A stretch of DNA of 56,600 bases, counting the filler, from Circinaria calcarea (lineage: Eukaryota), in assembly GCA_051942165.1 (NCBI GenBank). It is 2 parts of 2 records of this genome, joined end to end, with 100 filler letters (N's around TTAATTAATTAA, not from the genome) between each part and the next. Parts side by side here need not be neighbours in the genome. Positions count along the whole stretch, not along the records: positions 28,370 to 56,600 come from JAVECS010000057.1; 1 more part is not named here. The stretch is one strand, 5' to 3'. Below, one piece after another: positions 48,084 through 56,600 of this stretch. Position numbers and translations under genes: made by a program. The number at the start of each line of letters is the position of its first letter. Positions within the stretch are counted from its first letter, which is position 1. The notes under the pieces are model-generated. The model was not told the DNA's origin, did no database searches, and saw only the letters and a list, made by a program, of their open reading frames with translations.

Positions 48084-50485
48084 ATGAAATCAAGAGTTGA
48101 TCGGGCGAGACGTCTTCTTTCTGGCGCCGGCGTCACTAGGGAAGATTCGGATGACGAACTCGGTCTCGAAGACCACCCTTGGGAATGGATCTATGCGAAG
48201 GAGGATGGGCACTGGATCGACAGGATTGTTGGAGCGCGCATGGGCACCTTCCAATGCATGCTCGGCGAATGTGTATTGCTTAAAGCCGAAGGATCTAAAG
48301 AAGCATGGGTGGGACTTATTTGTGATTTCATCAGAGACGTGGACGGGCATGAAAAAGCGGCAAACTTTATGTGGTTCTCCTCGGAGAAGGAAATTAGGAA
48401 CAAGCAGAAGAAGAGAGCAGACGTGATGCCGGTGCGTTGGGCATCTATCCAAGCTCTCGAATGACATCCTGAAACAAGCATTCAGAACGAGTTGTACATC
48501 ACACCATCCTGGGATATAAACCCCTTGGCCTCTATCAATGGCAAAGCTTCAATTGTTTCGCCGAGAGCCTTTAGTGCTCGATACCCGGCCGGCAAGGTTC
48601 CTCGCTCCTCCAAGGACTTTGGGAAGATATTTGTGTGCCGGAGGGGATGCAATACACGTACAGCTACATATACCGACGATTTTGTGTGGGAGGACGTGTT
48701 TCGCCATGGCTCAGAGGAAGACATCAACAATCTAGTAAATCGGGTCAGCACACAGACAAATGCGACAAGGAAGAGAAAGAGAAACATAGTTTTGCAAGAT
48801 CATGAGGTTGATGTATGTACCTCATGTTGCGATGAATGTGGCCAAGCTGAAACCTGATAAGTGGGAGAGTGCGAACGATAGTGCAGGAGTCCCAAAGACC
48901 CCGAGTAAGAGACGCAAGTTGTATAGTGCCGTCACTCCCCGTTCCAAGCCGGTAACGGACACTCCTCAATATTTCATTACTCCTACAGCAAAACGGTACG
49001 TTTCTACTTCTGAACTTAAACCCTGGCACTAATGATTTATAGAGTGCTTGTTAAGAAGCCCCTGGAGTTCACTCCGCTTGGCACTCGACTATTATCTCCT
49101 GGCCATGTTGCCTCGTCGCCTTTTCAGATCGCTCGTACAAAATTACATGTGTCGGCTGTTCCAACTGCGCTGCCTTGTCGAGAAGAGACGTTCGCAGCGG
49201 TATACTCTCATCTTGAAGCCGCCATATCAGATGGTTCGGGCTCATGCATATACATTTCTGGAACGCCGGGAACAGGCAAGACCGCTACCGTAAGAGAAGT
49301 AGTAGCGCAACTTAATACATTGGTCCTTGCAGAGGAGCTTGACGAGTTTATCTTTGTTGAAATCAACGGTATGAAAGTTACAGATCCCCAACAGTCATAT
49401 TCCTTGCTATGGGAGGCACTTCGTGGCGATCGCTTCAGCCCTGCTCACGCACTCGACCTCCTGGAACGAGAATTCAGCAATCCGAGCCCTCGACGTGTAC
49501 CGTGCGTTGTGTTAATGGATGAATTGGACCAACTGGTGACGAAAAACCAAAGTGTCATGTACAACTTTTTTAACTGGCCAAGTCTTCGCCACAGCAGATT
49601 GATCGTTCTAGCCGTGGCCAATACTATGGATCTACCTGAAAGAACGCTCAGCAATAAGATCAGCAGCCGGCTCGGTTAGTTTCTCTCCTCATGTACACCA
49701 GTTGTAAATACTAAAGACCCTATTTAGGCTTGACAAGAATCACATTTCCAGGCTATACGTACCAGCAGTTGATGAAGATTATTCAATCACGCTTAGAGGA
49801 CGTACCAGGGAACATTGTCGATCCGGATGCGGTCCAATTCGCTAGTAGAAAAGTAGCTGCTGTCAGTGGGGACGCGAGACGAGTCCTCGATATCTGCAGA
49901 CGAGCCGTTGAGATTGCCGAGGGTGAAAATGCAGCAGGCGACGCAACAACCCCTGTGACGCCGAGCAGAAGGGGTAGAGCCGAAAGCTCACCGTCACAAG
50001 GACTCCAAAAGAATCTGGGTAGGGTCACAATAAGTACCATCAAGCAGGCTATTGCCGAGGCAACGTCAACTCCAATGCAGCAATATCTCAAATCACTGCC
50101 GTTATCATCTAAACTCTTCCTTGCTGCCTTCCTCGCTCGCATCCGAAGGAGTGGTATTGCTGATGGTGCCTTGGTAGATATCATTGAAGAAGCTAAGCGT
50201 TTGGGACAGCTGGGGGATAACCCGGCCATCCGAGGGTTTTTATTTTCGGAGACGGCTTCGATCGATCAAGGGCCTGCTTCAGCGAACCAGCAGAAGGTTC
50301 ATGTAGCTCCACGTGTATTAGCGATAGGGTCCGCTGTGGTGGAGCTGATGGAGGCAGGCATCATTAGCATCGACCCTCGGAAAGGAGAACGTGTCGGCAA
50401 GATCCGTCTCAACTTGGGCGAGGACGTGGTCAAGCTAGCTCTTCAAGAAGATAGCGAAGTTCGAGGACTTGGACTTTCTGGCTGA
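48084..50485 (+). CDS. ORC1: Origin recognition complex subunit 1 (BAH plus AAA+; 5 exons)
   Basis: REDSDDELGLEDHPWEWIY; BAH motif NELYITPSWDINPLASINGKA; Walker A ISGTPGTGKT; Walker B VVLMDELD; AVSGDARRVLDICRRA. Confidence 0.95.
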
Positions 50486-50651
50486 TAATCTGGGCTCTAT
50501 TTGAACTGTGGAATAGCCTGCATGTTAGGATAGAAAAACTGTGGTGCTGTCATGAAACCTTGCCGTTGGTCCGCAACAGTAAATGGCACGTGGACTTGAG
50601 TAAGGCTTCCTGCGTCTTCATCTTACTACGAGTCTGATAGACCTAGCTAAT

Positions 50652-52291
50652 TCAAAATTTTGGACGGCCCAACGTTGGTTTCCACTCGAGCGGATGTGTC
50701 TCCGGTGTCGCCTCGTCATCCTCTTTCCATATCTTGACTATAGAGCTTATCAGTATAGTAAATCCAATCGTTGAGCTGATGATGAACATACTTGTTTTAT
50801 CAGCTTCTCCGCAAATTAAACGAAGGCCAGTATGGTCAAAAGTGGAACTGAAAATTCCTGCCTCGGCGTCCAGCGAACCAGGTTGAGCCGTTGTATCTAG
50901 TGATTGAAACCTGTGTCCAGTTTTCCAGTCCCAAAAGCTTATGGACCCATTGTCGCCTGTTATGGTTAGTTTTGGTTAGGATAAGTGATTACTCGAGCTT
51001 ACCTCCGGAGAATAGGATGTTGTCTTCGTTAACGCTTAGAGTGTTGATTACCGCGTTTTGGCCATCAAAATTCTGCATAAAGGCGCCTTCTGGACACTTC
51101 CATTGCTTGATACTTCCAGTGCTGCCACTTGCAAAGGTGAACTCTTTCGGATGAACAGCCAGTGCCCTAACGCCTTTCTTATGATGTGTCAGTACGCCCA
51201 TAGTCTTTCCCGCCGCGAGGTCCCAAAGTCGGATTGTGGAATCCAGAGACGAAGTGATGACTTGAGGGTCAGCCTCTTGGCATTTCAAGTCGCTCACTGT
51301 CTGCTTATGACCGCCTAAAACATGGATATTGCTCCTGGTCCTCATATCCCATACTCTCGCAACGCCATCTCGTCCACCCGTAACAAGAACATCAAGTGTG
51401 GGATGAAGTGACAATGTGTAGACACCACTGAGATGACCATGGTAATGTCGGATAACTTTGTTTGTCTCGAGATCCCAGCATTTGACCATCTTATCTTCAC
51501 CACAGGAGAACAGGTATGGATGTCTGGAAGAAACAGCGAGTCCTCTGACGGTGGAAATATGACCGGTCAGGGTTAATTGCAATGAACCTGACGCTAGATC
51601 CCATATTTTAATAGTCCGGTCTCCAGCACCGCTTGCAAACCATTGATTCCCGGGCTCTACCGCTAGACTTCGTACCCATCCGAGATGACCGGAGATTACC
51701 CGCATCAGTTTCCAAGGAGCATGCCAGTCTGGTTTGAGTTGTTGGACGGTTTGCTTGCGGACCAAACTTGTTGAGGGTATATTTGTTTGCGGCGTTGCCC
51801 CGCCATTGTCTTGTATCCCATTTGGGCGCAAAGTCAATGCCGTGGACGAACCTGACAAACCATTCTGACCGCCCTTGACTGGTATCCCCTCGATAAGCTT
51901 GGCGGTCTGAGCATCTGAGGGCGTGTCATCGTCTTTCTGTGTTTTGGGTCGTTTACGACGTGCAGCAAGTGATGCAGAAGCATTTGTCTGCTTTGCGATC
52001 AAAGCTGCTGGCAATTCCCGAACACTCTCATACTCGCTTCGTATGCGGACTGTTAAGCTGGCGCGATTTGCCAGCTCGGTAGGTTGTTGGATAGTATCGA
52101 GTCGATGAATATTCGTCGTGATTTGGGTCGGAGAATCTCTGCAAGGGGGTAAACAGGCTTCTAACGGCTGTGCGTATTGGGCAGCGAAGAGCTCTCTTGT
52201 TCGCTTCGTGGAGTTGCGCATCAAACTCTATAGAATAATTGTGAGCTGGCCCATAGGACATCTAGCATTCCTCACTTACCTCCGTTGCCAT
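50652..52291 (-). CDS. PRP46: Pre-mRNA splicing factor Prp46/PLRG1 (WD40; 4 exons)
   Basis: [81 protein letters not shown]; first exon MATE. Confidence 0.95.
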
Positions 52292-52470
52292 TGTTGGTGG
52301 AATACTCAGCGGATCGACTTTTCCCGTCATTTTCGGTCGAAGTAACTAAAGTAGCCGGGAGTATTGATGCGATCTATTCAATCCCTTCAAAAGAGGATGC
52401 CTAGGGTCAAATTTCAGATGAGCTAGGCGGCTTGTCGAGGGTCCAGGTCAGTCCGACACGTGACGCTGAC

Positions 52471-52546
52471 CTGACCCTGACCCGAATACTCTGTAAGGTC
52501 ACTCATTAATTATTCGGAGTAAGTAACTATCCCGGGTCAGGGTCAG
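52471..52546. repeat. Perfect 14-bp inverted repeat with a 48-nt spacer in the PRP46/NAS6 divergent intergenic region
   Basis: CTGACCCTGACCCG (52471-52484) and CGGGTCAGGGTCAG (52533-52546). Confidence 0.85.
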
Positions 52547-53113
52547 CGATATATCGAGGTTCTCGGAGGCCAAAAATCAGCGAGAATTCCACGACGTGGC
52601 GTATTAATTTTTCACCTAGTAATAGAGCTCCAAAATCGCTACATTTACATGCCAGAATCATGAATTTTAGGCGTGAAATGACATAGATTTTTCGACTGAA
52701 AAGTTCGATTTTTTCGAATTGCGCCAGTAGGACTGAAAACTACGCTCCGTAGACTAGATACTACACGCGAACTGCTTCATGACTGCTTCATGGCTGACTT
52801 CCAGTCTCAACCACGTAAATAGAGAATTCTAAGTAAGCCATATTCTAAATTTAATAATAGATCTATGAGCGGCGCAATTTTCAGTGTATCAAAATCACAT
52901 ACGGGCGTGGCGCATCGAAATTTCAATGAAAAGTTGTGTTGGATCCACTTTTTTCAGCTGCATATACCGGTACTACATTAGTTTTCGAAAGTGCCGCGGG
53001 GTTTCCCCGCACCTCTTAATTCACTGTCTACAACATGTACATCACCAGATTGCGATACTCATCCACGGCAGCTATACATTGCAGAATATCGTCTCACTGA
53101 ACATTGACTGGTC

Positions 53114-54204
53114 ATGGAGTCTGAACATTACTTGAAGTTTGCGATACACGAAGCAGCTCGGCAGGGTCGAAGTAGGTGAAACACTTTATCGAGGCCGCTT
53201 TCCAGTATTGAAGTGGCTTTATAGTAGAAGCGGTAGATTCTCTTCTAAATGTAAGCCCCTCATAACTCCTGTCTAAGCTGCACGGTTTACTGACCCGGAT
53301 GCCGGACAGGCCAACTCTCGACTGGCTAGCAAGCAAGACGACGATGGGAGGCTACCAATTCACTGGGCGATTTCATATAATCAATTTCCGATTGTTGAAT
53401 TACTAGCATCTCGCAAGGACTTCGATCCAGATGTGCAGGTAAGATGTAGCCTGTTGCTTTCAGGCTAGTAAAACTCCGTACTGATAGAATTCGCAAGGAT
53501 GGTTCCGGATGGACGCCACTGATGATTGCTTCGAGCTTGCCTGAGGGGGAGGAGGTTGTGGATCTCCTGCTTAAGAAGGAAGCCGATGTAAACGTCAAGA
53601 GTGAGGCTTTGAGAGGTTCCTATGGGATGTCTTCACGTTGCTGATCAGCCTGCAGACTATAACGGCCAGGTCGGTTCTTCTGTGATCTTGTCTCATATCG
53701 CATTGACGTTATGCCCAGACAGCTTTACACTTCTGTGCCTCTAAGAATAATATCGACGTTGCCCGGAAAATAATCTTTCAAAAAGGCTCCGCACGTGTCA
53801 AAGATAAAAGAGGGCAATTGGCACTTCATAGAGCAGCCGCAATTGGGTCGGTTCCGCTTATTAAGCTTTTACTGGGGAACAGAAGCCCTGTAAATGCAAC
53901 AGACATCTCCGGGTACACTGCTCTTCATCATGGTAAGATGGACTCTAATGAACGGATACACCAGAAAGCTGATAGGGCTTGAGCAATATCTGAAGGACAT
54001 GGAGACGCAGCCTTGGAGTTGTTAAGAGCTGGAGCTGAGACTGACAGGAAAGATGTCGATGGTCACCTAGCGATAGATTTGGCTCCAGATACGAAGGTGC
54101 GACAGCTTCATTTCAAAGGACGCTACTGAGTCACCTCTAATGTTATGTAGGTCCGAAAATTTATCATTCAAAGTGCTGAACGTGAAGGTATTGATATAGT
54201 TTGA
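53114..54204 (+). CDS. NAS6: 26S proteasome assembly chaperone Nas6/gankyrin (ankyrin repeats; 8 exons)
   Basis: FAIHEAARQGR, DDDGRLPIHWA, DGSGWTPLMIASS, GQTALHFCASKNN, DKRGQLALHRAAAIG, GYTALHHAISEGHGDAA. Confidence 0.9.
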
Positions 54205-54273
54205 CATATTCATACAGCATCGAAAGCTAGCAACAATTTGGTCAAAGTAAAGTCATGGACATGATGCACCTAT

Positions 54274-56600
54274 TTACCGCATTGTCCTTTCTACCAAGTC
54301 CCTATACATTTGCTTTACGTCAGCCACGTCAGCTCGAAGTTCCTCCACCAGCTCGCTTTTCTCGCCCAGCATCTCCAGAGTCGTCTGATATCTTTGATTC
54401 ATCATTGCAATCTCGGCTTCCAACGCCTTAATCTTTGTATCGGCTGCCCGCTTTTCGTCGGCTTCGGCTATAAGTGAAACGACTTGCTCTCGTGCCTCGT
54501 CTCGTTGGGCAAGCAATCGCTCAAGCTCATCTCTTGACGATGCCTTTTCACTTTCAAGTCGCCTAACAGCAGCACTCATACGTTCTACAAGCTGTACGGA
54601 AGGTCCTACAGCTACAGTGGACACCGATATCATGTCATCGATGGTGCGTTCTGGAGTTGCTGGCGTCATTGCTCCACCAAAGAAGTCGTCTGGTTGGTCT
54701 GTGCCTCCGGAAGGCGTCTCTGGAACGCTAGGGTGTATAACTTGATGGGAATTGTTGTGAAAAGAATCGTGCCGTTGTGGTGTCCCAAAGCCTGAGATCT
54801 GCGATGGTTGCCCTGAATGCCGTCGGCCCATAGGGTGATCCGAGAAAGGTGTTGGGATGGTCGTTAGACCAAGCCCAGATGTGCTTGCGTTTAGACGGCC
54901 ATCGGGACTGGCCTTGCGTGCAGTACATTTACCTTGGCTTGACAGTATGGGGGACACCGCGAGCGAGTGCTGATGTAGAAGCTTAGGTGATTGTCCGGAA
55001 ACGTCTGGATTTTCAGCATGGACTGGTCTTGCAAGCCACCTGTCTTTCTCGGCTCTTAATTCCATTTTCGTGTTTGTCATGTCCTCCTCGGCGTGCAATA
55101 ATTTCTCCTGAAGAATGAGCAACTTTTCATTTTGCTCTATAAGGTCTCGCTCGGTAGCCTGAGTCTTATTGAAAGCTTTCTGGAGGTTCTCCTCAAGTTG
55201 TCGAGCTTTGACACTCTAGCCAAATATTAGCATTGGTGGGTAGCTTACGGAAGCAGCAATTTTACAGTCTCTCGAGCCTTACGCCGGGCATCAGCCTCTC
55301 TTCTTGCAATCTCATCTCGTTCTGATTCAAGACCAGTGATCCTTGACAACAGGGATGCTTCAATTCCCCGCCAATTTTCCGTTGCCACTGAATATTGCGT
55401 CTGGAGGGTCTCTATTTGGCGGAGTAATTTAACCTGGGTATCACCGGCGTTCCTAGAAGAGGCTTCTTCGGCGCGAGCACGAAGACCCTCCAGCCGGCTT
55501 TCGAGTATCTAAGACATTTTAAGTCAGAATCAGCGGTGTGATTTGACAAAATCGTCCAACTTACTTTTAGCTCACTCCGCAATTCTTGCTCCGCTACCTT
55601 GGCCTTCTCTCCCTTGCGGTCGGCCTTCTCCACAATGTCCCTAATATGCACCTGGTGAATCTCTTCGCTAAGTTTCTTCTCTTCTCTTGCATTAGATATC
55701 TCGTGACGCAGTTCCACGGTTAGTCTCCTCTCCTTTTCAAGCAAACTTTTATAGTCACTTGCATAGTCCTTCTCAGTCGAAGCCTTCGCCTGAGCCACCT
55801 GCTGCTTGAGATCTGCTATTATAGAAGTATAAGCTTCGCACTCGCTTTTGACTTTCTCAATTTCATTAGCAACCCTTTGGAGTGCCTTCACTCTCTCTGC
55901 CTCTTCCCTCTCCCCTGCTTCGGCTCGTTTAGCTCGTTCTTGGGCCACTTGGGCCATTCTCTCGAGATCTTCGACTCTTCTTCGGCTTAGACTAATGCGT
56001 CTTTCGTCTTCTGTTGATCTCGCGCATAGTTTTCTGATCGTATTGGCGTGTTTCAATTCAGTCTGCGATAGCTTTTGCCCCTCTTCCATTAGCAAAGCGA
56101 TCTTCTCATCCTTTCTAGCAAGCTTTTCTTCTAGGCTGCCAGCCTGGGCCTCATTGGCAGATTTTTTGGCAATCTCTGCAGCTTCCTTTGTAAGGTATTG
56201 TAGCTTAGCTTGCAGAGTATCAATGCGTTCAAGATAATGATGTGTTTCTTCCTGGCGTCGAAGTTCTGCTACTTCATAGTCTGAATGGATCTGACTTATT
56301 GTTGTTTCATACTGATCTACCGTAATTAAAGGCGTCTTGTTGTCCCTCCTCTCCGATATGAGTACACCGTTGGATAGCTCTTCAGGTAAGTCCAAAGAGG
56401 ATCTCGCTGCCCTAGAGTCCTGTAACCCTGCTGAAGAGCGCTCGAGGAGTCGTGGCTCTGGGGAGTGCGGGACAGGAAACGTTTGGTCTTGTCGCGGTAT
56501 CTGTATAACAACACCCGAACCAGCACTGACCTTCGCAGAATCACCATTGGGCTCAGAATGATCACTAACTCCCGGCCCATTGATGATTCGCTCTCCTGCA
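54274..56600 (-). CDS. SGM1: Golgin Sgm1 / TATA element modulatory factor 1 homolog (5'-partial, coiled coil)
   Basis: KDEKIALLMEEGQKLSQTELKH, LLRQIETLQTQYSVATENWRGIE, GPSVQLVERMSAAVRRLESE, RYQTTLEMLGEKSELVEELRADVADVKQMYR. Confidence 0.9.

Noticed and set aside
650..56580. The many 60-160 aa antisense or alternate-frame ORFs in the track
   Set aside because: They overlap well-supported genes, often use non-ATG starts and show no recognisable motifs, so I treat them as shadow ORFs.

Overview
Gene-dense, intron-rich euchromatin from a filamentous ascomycete (Pezizomycotina). Short 50-170 nt GT-AG introns with CTRAY branch sites are present throughout, and the finer taxonomy cannot be fixed from sequence alone. 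About 27 mostly housekeeping genes can be rebuilt by hand-splicing: a Set3/Set4-type PHD-SET protein, NPC2, VMA7, Nur1/Mug154, SEH1, ALG7, IFA38, ERG28, GAL7, an F-box protein, AIM41, NUP170, an EXPERA protein and EOS1 (both cut by an artificial N44-TTAATTAATTAA-N44 linker), SUI1/eIF1, an 8-exon Asterix/PAT10 gene absent from the ORF track, SRB8/MED12, RGD1, prefoldin 5, ORC1, PRP46, NAS6, SGM1/TMF1 and three uncharacterised proteins. I found no tRNA, rRNA, CRISPR array, intact transposon or secondary-metabolite cluster, and no clearly novel multi-gene system. The best second-look items are the eIF1 gene (poor-context AUG and a stop-free in-frame intron), a GC-AG intron in MED12, the hidden micro-exon Asterix gene, a RIP-like AT island overlapping a gene's 3' end, and the uncharacterised proteins. 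All gene names come from my recognition of motifs, not from database searches.
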